A DNA stretch of 64,000 nucleotides from an uncultured delta proteobacterium (GTDB lineage: Bacteria; Myxococcota_A; Polyangia; Polyangiales; Polyangiaceae), in NCBI GenBank assembly GCA_963841435.1, contig CAWJCS010000002.1:480001-544000 (forward strand), given 5' to 3'. The position numbers were made by a program, and so were the translations under genes. Numbering within the stretch: the stretch's first letter is position 1; every line of letters starts with the position of its first letter. The notes below the pieces were generated by a model. The model was given only the letters and a program-made list of their open reading frames with translations. It ran no database searches and was not told the DNA's origin. Shown here one piece after another: positions 49,572-60,018 of this stretch.

Positions 49572-50945
49572 CTACGGACAGGCGGCCGTGTCGTCGTTGC
49601 CTTCGCAGGGATCGCAGGCGTTGGCGCGCGCGTCGATGGCGTCGACCTCGCACTGAGGAAGCTTCGGGTTTTGCGCGATGATCAGGGTCGTCACGTCAAC
49701 CAACGACGAGAGCGTACCGATCGAGGTGAGCGCGTCGTTGCCCGTGATGACGAGCTCGGGAAGGGACTCGAGTGCTTCGAGATCCACCGTGGCGAGACTC
49801 GAGTGGCTGGCGATGAGAAGCTCGTCCTGCATACGTTCGAGAGCCGGAAGGCTGATCGAGGTGATGGTGGTGCTGGCGATGATGCTGGAGGGGCCAACCA
49901 TGGTCTTCAACGCGGGCAGCGAGACGGACGGCAGCGGGTCGTTGCCCGAAATGAGCAGGCCTTCGCTCAGCTCTTGCAACTGGTCCAGACCGTCCAGGCT
50001 GGTGAGCGCCGGGTTGCTGGCAATGGTCAGGGCGATGCCCGAGGTCCAACCGCGCAGCCCCGCGAAGCTCTCTAGCTTCGCGTTGTAGGTGACGGAAACG
50101 GCCGTCGACCCGAACACGGCATTTTGCAGTTCGGCGAAGTTGCGGAGCGCGTCGCAGTGCGTGACTCTGAAGTTGCCGTCAATCTTCCTCAGATCCTCCA
50201 AGCCGGCCAGCGACTCGAGCCCGGCTGGCCCCACCAAGCTCAGCCCGCCCCCGACGTAGCTCAGAGAGTCGAAGCCCTTGAAGCTTTTCAGGGCCTCGGT
50301 GTCGTCGATCCCGAGCGAGCCTTTGATGACGCGGATCTTCTCGAGGCCGGCAAGGCTCGTGAGCTCGGGTCCGGAGAGGAGCACGCTGCCCTCGATGACT
50401 TCGCACCCCAAGGTGGTGAGCGCGTAAACGTCGGAATCGTTGGCGAGCACCAGCGGGTCGTCCAGATCGCACACTCGGAGGCACCGGCTCGGCTCGATGT
50501 CCGCAAAGCATTCTTCGTTCGTGCCGCAATCGTCCGGCTGACACGTCGCGCCGCCTGCCATGCCGGCGCTACCCGCCATGCCGGCGCTCTCCTGCGTGCC
50601 AGCGCTACCCCCCGCGCCGCCCCCATTGCCAGCGCCACCCCCCATCCCAGCGCCAACGGCACCGCCCGCGTTCTCGGCGCCGGCGTCGCCGCCCGCGCTC
50701 GTATTGCCACCGCTACCACCGCGCCCTGCCGTGGCGCCGTTCCCTGCGGCGGCAGTCGCCCCGCTCCCTCCGGCAGCGCTCTTGCCGCTCCCTCCGCCGG
50801 TGCTCGACGTGCCGCCTGAGCCACCGCCATCGCCCCCGGAGCCCGATCCCGAACCGGCCTCGCTCGACCGGGTGGAGTGCCCAGCGCAGCCCACGCTGGA
50901 AAGCGAAGCCGTGACCAGCAGGCCCACCCAATTGCGACCCTTCAT
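49572..50945 (-). CDS. Receptor-L-domain / leucine-rich repeat lipoprotein with Gly-rich linker
   Basis: SVGC; C.VIEGS, repeats L.SL.GLE.L..I.G.L.I..N..L. Confidence 0.85.
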   Translation of the reverse strand: MKGRNWVGLLVTASLSSVGCAGHSTRSSEAGSGSGSGGDGGGSGGTSSTGGGSGKSAAGGSGATAAAGNGATAGRGGSGGNTSAGGDAGAENAGGAVGAGMGGGAGNGGGAGGSAGTQESAGMAGSAGMAGGATCQPDDCGTNEECFADIEPSRCLRVCDLDDPLVLANDSDVYALTTLGCEVIEGSVLLSGPELTSLAGLEKIRVIKGSLGIDDTEALKSFKGFDSLSYVGGGLSLVGPAGLESLAGLEDLRKIDGNFRVTHCDALRNFAELQNAVFGSTAVSVTYNAKLESFAGLRGWTSGIALTIASNPALTSLDGLDQLQELSEGLLISGNDPLPSVSLPALKTMVGPSSIIASTTITSISLPALERMQDELLIASHSSLATVDLEALESLPELVITGNDALTSIGTLSSLVDVTTLIIAQNPKLPQCEVDAIDARANACDPCEGNDDTAACP

Positions 50946-51059
50946 CAAAGCTCTCCCAACCGCAACTTTGGCACGTGAGTTGGCGTTGATCAATTGCCAC
51001 CGCCGAAAGGGTTTCGGGACGCCGTGGTGAGGTGATACACATCTCCGTGGAGGTTTCGC

Positions 51060-52344
51060 GTGGGCTTCAACTGGACCAGGGTGCTCGTTGCGGCCGTCGT
51101 CGCCTCGGCGCCGCTCGGTGCATGCGGTGAGTCGGAGCGACACGAGCAAGCGGGGACGGGCAACCGTTCGGGTCGGGCGGGCGCTTCGCAGGCAGGTGCG
51201 GGCGCGGCAAGCGGCGGACAGAGTGGCGCGGCTCGCGGAGGCACCGCCGGCTCTGGGACGGGCGGTAGTGGGGCTCGCGGCGGCGCGCACCAAGCGGGCG
51301 AGGCCGGCCGTGGGACGGCAGGCGAGGACGGGACCCCCGGCTCGGGCGGCGCGCAAGGCGGCGAGGGATTGGGTGGGGCGGGGCACGCGGGCGAGGGTGG
51401 CGGCAGCGCGGTCGCGTGCCACGCGGATCCGGCTATCCCGGCAGTCAGCACGGCGCCGACGACACTCGACCCGGATGACGTCGCTCGGGCAGCGGTGGTC
51501 TGGGGCTCCTGCGTTGCCGACGACGGTGTCGCCTGGAACGCCCGGGGGCTGTGGATCTCGTACCTTGCTGCGCCGCGCGTGTACTACCGCTTGGACGCGC
51601 AGCTCGCGTGCCTCGCGCACGCCGATTGCGGATGCGCTGCAGTCGACCATTGTGTCGGCTTGACCCTCGAGCAGGACGAGTCCTGTCTGTCGGGTTGCAC
51701 CGGCAGCACATACACGCTTTGCCTGGCCGGCTCCACGGCCACGTTCGCCTGGCGAGTGAACTGCGCGCGCCTCGGGCTCACGTGCGACGATGCGGCCGGC
51801 TGCGTCTCCGGCAGCGTGAGCCCGTGTTCGGCCGGCTTCCCCGATGCGACGAGCTGCACGGCCGGCGGCGCCATCAGCTCGTGCCAGGACGATTTCACAC
51901 GCGAGACGCCGTCGTGCAGTAGCGCCGGGCTCTCCTGTTCCGATGGTCGCTGCTCCGCGGCTGGGCCCGCGTGTGACGACAGCCTCTTCCTTCCCGATCC
52001 GGAGGTCATCTCGTACGCCGCCACGGGTTGCAGCGGCGACCGCCTCGAGATCTGCGCCGACGGCAAGAGCGGGTCGGTTGACTGCACCACCCAGGGCCCC
52101 GGCTTCAGCTGTCAGGGCGCTGGAGGCGGCTTCTTCTGCGGGCTCGCGTCGGAGTGCGTTCCTCCGGAGACGTTCATGGCGAGCTCGACCCGGTCGAGCT
52201 GCGACGGGACGGTCCTCACCTTCTGCAACGCCGGACGTTCTCGAGCACGTCGACTGCACGACGCTAGGCTTCACCGGCTGCGACATCGACTCGTCCGTGG
52301 GCCACTACGGCTGCGTTCCGCCGCTGAACGAACCGGGGCTCTAG
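51060..52344 (+). pseudogene. Cys-rich lipoprotein with Gly-rich linker, +1 frameshift near 52240
   Basis: GGAGG RBS, LGAC; FCNAGR/LEHVDCTTLGFTGC is restored by removing one T (possible sequencing error). Confidence 0.7.
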
Positions 52345-53058
52345 GCGCGCGCTCGCGTCGGCCTCTGAGCCCGCGCTCGCCGGCCAGCCTTGCGGTTGCA
52401 CGTGAGAGTCCTTCCAGTGAACGTCAGAATGGCTCCGGCTGCGCCGACCCATCCAGGTTCAACCAAGCGTCCCGGCACGCGACACGGTTCCCCGTTGACT
52501 CCGTCGAAACGTCCTTCGTCACGAGCGGCTGCAGCGCGATGCTGTCCACCAGAATCTCCCCGGTGTCCGCTTTGACCGTAAGCGTCGGTCGATCATCGGC
52601 GGTCAGCATGTCGGAAGTCCGTGGCGAGTAGCTGATCTTGGCGAACAAGCGAAGTGTCGTCGGAACGACCACCGTGCTCGACGAAAAGGCCCGACTACCA
52701 GGAGGCACGTTCGGCAGGTGGGTGCACGTGGTGACGGCCAGGTGCCCCGATAACCTCGCGTGAAGGTCACCATCGACAAGCTCGACGAGCGCCTCGCCGC
52801 GCACGCTCCTTTGCTCCCGAGCTCGCTCGATGTGCCGAGCTTCCTCGAAGGCCCCATCACCGAGCGCCGCATGAACCTGCGTGATCTCGCGCAACAGCAA
52901 CAGCAGTAGGCGCCCGCGCCGAGAGCCGGCACGGTCGTCGAAGGCGGAGCGAGCGGCGGCGTGGCTCGCTCCGGTGGCTGAAAAGCGCACCACCACCGGC
53001 GGGGAGCTCCCGCGCCCGTTGACCTTGGGCGGCGGAGCCTCTATCGTGGTGTGTCACG

Positions 53059-54615
53059 GTGAGGCTCAATCTGCGCCGGCGCTTGGCGTTCCGACTCCTG
53101 CTCGGGTGCTCGGCGTGCATCGCCGCCGCCGCTTGCGGGAGTTCCGGAGGAGGCGATGGGCGTAACGCAGCGGGCCGCGGGGGTGCGGGCGGAGCGGGCG
53201 GCTCCGGCGCCACGAGCTCCGGCAGCGGAGGGTCTAGCGCTGCCGGGTCGTCCACCGGTGGCTCTGCCGGTGCCGGTACGGGCGGCTCGGGCATGGGCGG
53301 TTCGAGCGCGGGCGGCTCCGGAGCGGGTGGCAGGAGCGGCTCCGGTAACGGGGGCTCCGGCAATGGCGGCTCCAGCGGCAGCTCGAGCGGCGGCGTGGCG
53401 GGCGACGCGGGGGCGGGCGCCGAGGCGGGCGCGTCAGGCAGCGGGGGTGTCGTCGATCTGTGTGAAGGTCTGGTGCAGGACCTCGACGATCACGTCCAGA
53501 CGGACCTCGCCAAGCCCGCGGTCGGCGAGGTGGTCGTGGACGCCGAGTTCGGGACGAACATTCGCCGCATCACCGAAGCGCCCGCGTCCGGAGGCGGAGA
53601 CTCGGCGATCCGGCCGCCGTATTCGACGGTTTCTGCCTGGAACGCCGACGAATCGCGGCTGATGCTCTACCAGGTCGGCAGCAACGGCGGCCACAAGCTC
53701 TACGACGGCCAGAGCTACGCCTTCATTCGTGCGCTCGACGTCAATCCGCCGGATCTCGAGCAGGTGTACTGGGACACCTCCGACCCGGACATTCTCTATT
53801 ACGTCGACGACCAAGACTTCATTCGCTACCACGTCGAGGAAGACCGGAAAGAGACGCTGACGAGCTTCTCGAGCCTGTGCGGCAACGACTCGGTCAGCGG
53901 CGGCTCCGATCCGATGTTCACGTCCTGGGACTCCCGGCGCGTGGGCCTCTACTGCGGCGACCAGATGTTCATCTACGACATCCGGGACGACCAAGTGCTC
54001 GGACCCGTGCCCGCGCGCGGCACGCCGCCGGCCCAGGTTGCGCCGAGCGGCACGCTCGCGTACCTGGAAGCCGGCACGGGCGAGGTGCTGGACGCGGATC
54101 TGCAGCACGTCCGCTCACTGAATCTCCAGGAACCGTACAACCACGCGTCGCTCGGCATGCTCGCGAACGGCCACGACACGTGGAACGGCGCGGTCTACGA
54201 CGATGACAACGACGACGTGGGGATCCTGGTGACCTGGGATTTGACCGACCTTTCCGGCGGCGTGGTGATCGGGCCGAAAACCGGCTTTCCCTACCCGCCG
54301 GACGGCCACGTTTCGGCGCTCGCGTACCGGCAGCCGGGTTGGGTCGTCGTCTCGACGGTCAGCGACAACACCTCCGGCCCCCAGGGTCTTTTAGATCAAG
54401 AGATCCTCGTCGCCGACACCAACACGGGCACCGTGTGTCGCGTCGGCCGCCATCGGAGCTGGGGCAAGAACAACACGAAGATGGACGAGCCGTACTGGGC
54501 CGAGCCTCACGCCGTGCCGAGCCCGAGCGGCACGCGCATCCTCTTCGCGAGCGATTGGGGAAACGGCGCGACGGTGGACAGCTACGTGGTGGAGCTTCCG
54601 AGTTACACGCCCTGA
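53059..54615 (+). CDS. Gly-rich-linker lipoprotein with probable beta-propeller domain
   Basis: AAAC; FGTNIRRIT, YST..AWNADES, EPH..PSPSGTRILFASDW. Confidence 0.75.
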   Translation: MRLNLRRRLAFRLLLGCSACIAAAACGSSGGGDGRNAAGRGGAGGAGGSGATSSGSGGSSAAGSSTGGSAGAGTGGSGMGGSSAGGSGAGGRSGSGNGGSGNGGSSGSSSGGVAGDAGAGAEAGASGSGGVVDLCEGLVQDLDDHVQTDLAKPAVGEVVVDAEFGTNIRRITEAPASGGGDSAIRPPYSTVSAWNADESRLMLYQVGSNGGHKLYDGQSYAFIRALDVNPPDLEQVYWDTSDPDILYYVDDQDFIRYHVEEDRKETLTSFSSLCGNDSVSGGSDPMFTSWDSRRVGLYCGDQMFIYDIRDDQVLGPVPARGTPPAQVAPSGTLAYLEAGTGEVLDADLQHVRSLNLQEPYNHASLGMLANGHDTWNGAVYDDDNDDVGILVTWDLTDLSGGVVIGPKTGFPYPPDGHVSALAYRQPGWVVVSTVSDNTSGPQGLLDQEILVADTNTGTVCRVGRHRSWGKNNTKMDEPYWAEPHAVPSPSGTRILFASDWGNGATVDSYVVELPSYTP

Positions 54616-54815
54616 GCCGTGCTGCGCATGGGTGCGCCCAGGGCCTCGTCGGCTGTGCGAACGTATGGAGCCAACCTGTCGCTGGAGCTCGCGTGACTGG
54701 ATGGCACCTTGCGCGACCGACCCGCGCTGATCCGTCGCAGCTTGGCGTTTGGAAACGTGGCTCTCGTCGACCTCAACAGCCTGCGACGACGGCGCGGTAC
54801 CCGGGCATAACGTTG

Positions 54816-55314
54816 ATGGACGAAACACGCTGCGATGAGGGTTTCAGTCCTACTGCTGGGCAATCGCGGCGCTCGCGAGCGGTTGTGGCAGCACGGACGA
54901 CGGCTCGATGGCTCTTGCACTGGCCCCCGATCGTCGCCGCCTCTTGGCTCGTCGCATGCGCAGCGACTCCTCGGCCGCCCGCGCCGACAGCTGCTGAACC
55001 CAAACCTGCCGCGGCTGGGCCCACGTGTCCGTCAGCGACCGCTGCCGTGGCGCCGCATGTTGCGTACGTGCCGCGTCCGCTAGCCACTGCGTCGGTGACG
55101 CTGCCGTCCCTTCCGCGTTTGCCGGAGCGACCGATCCGCGTCCACGGCGAGTATACGGTCTGGGGCGCAAGCTACTTCTTGCGAAACCGATTCGAGAAAC
55201 CGAGCGTCGCCTCGCGTTCGATCGATGTCCTGGGTTTCATCGTAGCGACCAATCTCGATCACGCCCCGCGCTGCGCCGTGCACGCTCGGGGATCGCGGAT
55301 CCGCCCGGCTGCAC
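54816..55314 (+). pseudogene. Lipoprotein 5' fragment truncated by an integrase shard
   Basis: LVAC lipobox; YTVWGASY.LR..G.IV.TNL..AP.CAVH, then frameshift and abrupt switch. Confidence 0.55.
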
Positions 55315-55485
55315 CGCGACACCTTCTGCTCCCACCTGGCCATGCGGGGCGCGGCGCCGAAGGCCATCCAGGAGCTGGTCGGTCACAGCACGCTCACCAT
55401 GACGCTGAGGTACATGCACCTGGCGCCGAGCGCGCTGCGAGAAGCGATCGGACTTCTCGATCTTGGGCAACAGATGGGCAACGCG
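55315..55485 (+). mobile_element. Tyrosine integrase C-terminal (box II) shard
   Basis: RDTFCSHLAMRGAAPKAIQELVGHSTLTMTLRYMHLAP with catalytic His and Tyr. Confidence 0.85.
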
Positions 55486-55752
55486 GCGAGCGTGTGCGCT
55501 GCCGCCAGTCGGAGCGTTGGCTCGGCGGGGTTCATCTCCGCTCGGGTCGGCCTCGAGGCTCCAACTCGAACGTGACGCGAAGCGACGTTGCTCCCTTGCA
55601 TGCCGGCCACGCCTGCTCCAGGGGCTCTCTACTGTCCTCCGTGGCGAACGGGCTCGAGGGGCAGGCGAGCCGAAACACGACAGGCCCTTTACCGCACCGA
55701 GCGCGCGTGCTGCAGTCCCTCGCTTCCTCAGCCGGCAGAACGGAGACCTCCC

Positions 55753-56061
55753 ATGCCAAGCCAGCTCTCAAAGTCCAAGCTCATCGACGCCGTTTCCAAG
55801 ATCGTTGGAGGCGAGCTCAGCAAGCGCGACGTGAAGGCAGTCCTCGAGGCTCTCGCGAAGGTCGGCCATAGAGAGCTGAAGAAAGGCGGCGTCTTCGTCG
55901 CGCCCGGGCTCGCGAAGTTCGTGGTCGTGAAGAAGCCCGCCACGAAGGAGCGGCAAGGGATCAATCCCTTCACCAAGGAGCCGACTGTCTTCAAGGCGAA
56001 GCCCGCGCGCAAGGTGGTGAAAGCCCGTCCCGTCAAGGCCGTGAAGGACGCTGTCCTCTAG
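55753..56061 (+). CDS. HU/IHF family DNA-binding protein
   Basis: SKSKLI, PGLAKF.VVKKPA..ER.GINPFT.E....AKPA. Confidence 0.92.
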   Translation: MPSQLSKSKLIDAVSKIVGGELSKRDVKAVLEALAKVGHRELKKGGVFVAPGLAKFVVVKKPATKERQGINPFTKEPTVFKAKPARKVVKARPVKAVKDAVL

Positions 56062-56227
56062 AGCCTGCCCGTCCAACTCAGGTTCCGTCACCCTCGGCTG
56101 ACTGGACGGCCGCGCCCGGCGCCGGTTTGACGGCGGGTTGGGGTTCCCCAATCACCCGAGGGAAACGTCCGGGCCGCCTACAGCTTCCTCGGCGCCAGCG
56201 GCCGTTCGTTCAACTTCAACGCGACCT

Positions 56228-56942
56228 TGTCGGTAGCGGCGGCGCGGGGACCGCGGCCGCAGGAGGTCGCGGCGCCCCCTCGACCGCTGGTTCCGAGGCT
56301 TCCGGGGGGGAAGCGGCAGGAACACCGAAACTCAGGCCGGTGCCCCGTCCTCCGGCGACGCGCCTTGCACCGGACCCGAGCTTTGCAACGGCCAGGACGA
56401 CGATTGCGATCCCGCGACAGCCGACGGCTCCGCGGAGCCCACGCTCGGAGAGCCCTGCGACGGCCCAGACCGGGACTTCTGCAAAGAGGGCACGATCGTT
56501 TGTGCCAACGGAGCGCTCTCCTGCACGGACGACAGCTCGTCGACGCCGGAAGTGTGTGGCGCTCAGGGCGTCGACGAGGACTGCGACGGGCTCGTCAACG
56601 TCAACGCGGGCGACACGGATCCGGTCTGTGCCAGCGAAGCGCAAGACCTTGGCTCCGTCTCGGGAGACACCGGCGCCGAGCACAGAGTCAGGACCGGGAT
56701 GGAGGAGGCCTTCTACCTCGCCACCGTCACGGAGAACCGTAATCCACAGCCTGGACGGGCACTCCGACCAGGTGGGAGTCACCTACAGCCCGAACGACCC
56801 CATGGTCCAGGAGGATCAGGACGTTATGCTGTACGTGGTGCTGCACCAGTCCACCCAATGTGCGGCCTGGACGTTGACGGCCGATGGAAACCTCAACCTG
56901 TCGAGCGTCAACGCGGTCTACGCGATCCCGACCTGGCCGTAA
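56228..56942 (+). pseudogene. MopE-like metal-binding-repeat secreted protein remnant
   Basis: Gly linker, ELCNGQDDDCD, EVC...VDEDCDG; no start or signal peptide; frame changes near 56330 and 56740. Confidence 0.65.
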
Positions 56943-57340
56943 CGGTGGACCGAGTGCGCACGCCCAGTCGATGAATGCCTTGCTTTGATGGGTGCTTCTG
57001 GCCCCCGGATCGCCTTCGACTGGATGGACTTTCGCAAACGCCTACCCCGCCGATCGCGCCTCGGCCCTCGGCGAGCTGCGCGCGACGTGGCGCGAGCATC
57101 CCCGCACTTCAGATACTCCTCGAACTAACCTCTGCCCGAGGTCCGTGGTCGCGTTTCTTGGGGAAACGCACGCAGGGGCCTTGGTCGCGGCCAACGGTTG
57201 TCGCGTGGGCTACGACGAGGTCGGCGTGATCGGACACGCCGCCGCAGCGGGCGACAATTCGAGCGCGGGCGGCGCCGCCGGCCCCACCCTTCACGCCAAG
57301 GTCCCTTCCTCGACCTTCCTTCAATCCGCAGTGCGATCGG

Positions 57341-57820
57341 TCACTCGAACGGATGGCACTCGTAGGTGATGGTCTGGCCGGCCAGGCAGGGAAAGCGTTG
57401 ATCGGCGAAGGAATCGAGCCACTGCTGCTTTTCGTCGTCTCGGATCCTCGTGTTGTCCACGATACGCCCATCGTCGTCGATCACGATGGCGCCCCGCCGC
57501 CACCCGGGTAGAGGGTCGGACGTCGGGGTCACTTCATGGCATGACAATAGCGCTGGCGTCTCGATGGCTCTCATGAGCGCGTTCACACCACAGGTGCCGG
57601 CGTCGCCGCCGACGCCGCTTTCGGAGCCGCCCGTTGCTCCGCCGCCCACTTCGATCAGGGCGGCGAATCCACCCTGGGCGGCAGCCGCGCCCGTCGCGCC
57701 GCCGGTCTCTTGGGCCCCGCCGCCTCCGGAGCCCGGACCGGCGCCGGCCAGGCCTCCACCAGCGCCTGCTCCCGACCCGCCGGCCCCTGCCGGGCGTAGG
57801 GGATCTCCGGCGCCCACACG
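57341..57820 (-). pseudogene. Gly-rich-linker secreted protein lacking an intact 5' end
   Basis: Gly linker then GAIVIDDDGRIVDNT..W...RFPCLAGQTITYEC. Confidence 0.5.
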
Positions 57821-57907
57821 ATGAGGTCGAACCGCGCCGCGGTCATGAAGGTGGACACGCCATTGTGCAGGAGGTTCGCGAAATCGGTGGCGCTGATCAG
57901 GGCTCGC

Positions 57908-58267
57908 CGGCCTGTGGCTTCTGGAAAACGTGACGCCTCCCGTTCTCGCTAGGATGAAGCGGAACTGGGACAAGACGTTGCGTCCCGCCAACGCTGAGAT
58001 GAAATTTGCACCAAGCGACGGGCTCGGGTTCTTTGAAGCGCATGGCTGGATGCCGTCCGTCGAGAAATCGCTCCTCGACGAGGCCGAGCGCTTGGGTCGG
58101 GAGATGCGGCTGGTGACTGCGCTCCGGTCGTTGTCGCGCTTCATCCCTCCGCTCAGCGCCGCCTATGCCCGCCGCCAGGAGAGGTTCCGCGACGCGGTCG
58201 TGTACGCCCTCTTGGAGCGCGCGGAAGGTCGTGGCGGACCGCCGAGCTGACCCTCCTCGAATCGTCG
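57908..58267 (+). repeat. 360-bp direct repeat, copy 1 (3' end of the methyltransferase gene plus 17 nt)
   Basis: Appears identical to 59352-59711 (offset 1444). Confidence 0.97.
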
Positions 58268-58492
58268 GAATATCGTCGGCACCCGCTCCCAACGAGCCCC
58301 AACGCCGCCGTTGACACGCTTGCTGGATCCTCTACGGTAGCGCTCGGGCTCTCCCCGAGCCCGGGATCTCGCGGGTCTTTCCCGGCACGACCAGAGCGAG
58401 GGCGAAGAGGGCTCAGCCCTTCGGGTTCGCGGTTGTCGTTCTCCTTCGATTTCGAGCCCTGCGCCGGGGCGGGGTCATCATCGAGGAGAGTC

Positions 58493-58798
58493 ATGGCGAA
58501 CCGGCACAGTCACAAGAAGCTCCGGGCGGAGATCCGCGCAAGAATGGCCTCGACGGGCGAGGGCTATCAGGCGGCGCACCGCCGAATCCTCGCCCAGCGA
58601 AGCACCGCCCGTCGAATCGAACGCGCGGGCGTCCCCGAGCTGATCGCGACGACCTACTTCGGCGTGCCGATCACCGTCGCCGCCTACGAGATCCTGTCCC
58701 ACGTTCGCCTCATTCTCGTGTCCGGCTCTGGTGGACCCATGGGTCTGCCTTGGAGCAGCGCATCGCCCCTCCTCGTTCACTCGGACGGCGTGCAATGA
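58493..58798 (+). CDS. Small hypothetical protein with N-terminal RARMxxTGExYxxA motif
   Basis: GAGGAG RBS; ATGA overlap with the methyltransferase. Confidence 0.65.
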   Translation: MANRHSHKKLRAEIRARMASTGEGYQAAHRRILAQRSTARRIERAGVPELIATTYFGVPITVAAYEILSHVRLILVSGSGGPMGLPWSSASPLLVHSDGVQ

Positions 58799-59694
58799 GC
58801 GCCGTGCCGGTTGACGATGTGTCCGACACCGCTCGCTGGGTGGCGTACTTTCGGGCCTTGGAATCCGAACGCTCCGACGCACTGTTCCATGATCACCACG
58901 CCCGTCAACTGGCAGGAGATCGCGGGCGAGCGATCGCCGAGGGGCTTCCAAAAGGACCCCTGTCCTGGTCGATCGCCATCAGGACGAAGGTCTTCGACGA
59001 GTTGATCATGGAAGCCGTTCAGGCACGCGAGGTTCGCACCGTCGTCAACCTCGCGGCGGGTCTCGACGCCCGGCCCTATCGCCTTCCGCTTCCGGCGGAC
59101 CTTCGGTGGATCGAGACCGATCTCCCGGGGCTGATCCATTGGAAGGACCAACTGCTCGAAGCCGAGCATCCGGCCTGTTCCGTCGAGCGGATCCCGCTCG
59201 ACCTCGCTGACGCCCGCGAGCGCAGGGCGTTGCTCACCCGACTCCGCTCCGATGGGTCGCGCGTGCTGGTGGTGACCGAGGGACTCTTGGTGTACCTGGA
59301 CGAGGCGACCGTAGCTTCGCTCGCCGACGATCTCGGAGCGTCGTTCCCGCTCGGCCTGTGGCTTCTGGAAAACGTGACGCCTCCCGTTCTCGCTAGGATG
59401 AAGCGGAACTGGGACAAGACGTTGCGTCCCGCCAACGCTGAGATGAAATTTGCACCAAGCGACGGGCTCGGGTTCTTTGAAGCGCATGGCTGGATGCCGT
59501 CCGTCGAGAAATCGCTCCTCGACGAGGCCGAGCGCTTGGGTCGGGAGATGCGGCTGGTGACTGCGCTCCGGTCGTTGTCGCGCTTCATCCCTCCGCTCAG
59601 CGCCGCCTATGCCCGCCGCCAGGAGAGGTTCCGCGACGCGGTCGTGTACGCCCTCTTGGAGCGCGCGGAAGGTCGTGGCGGACCGCCGAGCTGA
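58795..59694 (+). CDS. LCM / TIGR00027-type SAM-dependent methyltransferase
   Basis: VSDTARWVA.FRA.ESER.DALF.D, VVNLAAGLDARPYRL, TEGLLVYL. Confidence 0.92.
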   Translation: MSAVPVDDVSDTARWVAYFRALESERSDALFHDHHARQLAGDRGRAIAEGLPKGPLSWSIAIRTKVFDELIMEAVQAREVRTVVNLAAGLDARPYRLPLPADLRWIETDLPGLIHWKDQLLEAEHPACSVERIPLDLADARERRALLTRLRSDGSRVLVVTEGLLVYLDEATVASLADDLGASFPLGLWLLENVTPPVLARMKRNWDKTLRPANAEMKFAPSDGLGFFEAHGWMPSVEKSLLDEAERLGREMRLVTALRSLSRFIPPLSAAYARRQERFRDAVVYALLERAEGRGGPPS

Positions 59695-59711
59695 CCCTCC
59701 TCGAATCGTCG
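59352..59711 (+). repeat. 360-bp direct repeat, copy 2
   Basis: Matches 57908-58267. Confidence 0.97.
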
Positions 59712-59778
59712 CCAAACTGGAACCCCGAAGACGGAGTCTGAGCACCCCCCCAAGCGCTCGAAGCCGCTCGGCCAAGGT

Positions 59779-59806
59779 GTGTGGGTTCGACTCCCTCCTC
59801 GTGCAC
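59779..59806 (+). other. tRNA 3'-end fragment (att-like remnant)
   Basis: GTGGG-TTCGACT-CCCTC T-arm followed by CTCGTGCA; no matching 5' acceptor strand upstream. Confidence 0.55.
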
Positions 59807-60018
59807 TCGCGCGGGCAGCTCGAGCTGCCGCTCGTTCGGTGAGTCGGCCAGCGCAGCGGCCTCGGCGGGCGTATGCGCTGCGTTCGGCAACCAGCCCGCA
59901 GAGGCGGGGTTCACCGACGATGCGTCCCCGCCGTTTTCCCAGTTCGATTTCCCTTTGGCGCCTGGCGCCGCAGCTTCCGTCGTGATCACGCCCAAGTAGT
60001 CGCGACCGTCGGGTGCAA

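Noticed and set aside
50970-50985. Sigma54 promoter TGGCACGTGAGTTGG
   Set aside because: The -12 element is GG rather than GC; not supportable without TSS data
49572-52286. 904-aa ORF as one protein
   Set aside because: The first ~450 aa are the antisense of the 51060 gene; a lipoprotein signal begins at 50945
57908-59711. Diversity-generating retroelement TR/VR pair
   Set aside because: The copies appear identical, with no adenine-specific differences, and there is no reverse transcriptase in the window
59720-59810. Complete tRNA gene
   Set aside because: No complementary 5' acceptor strand, D-arm or anticodon arm could be folded
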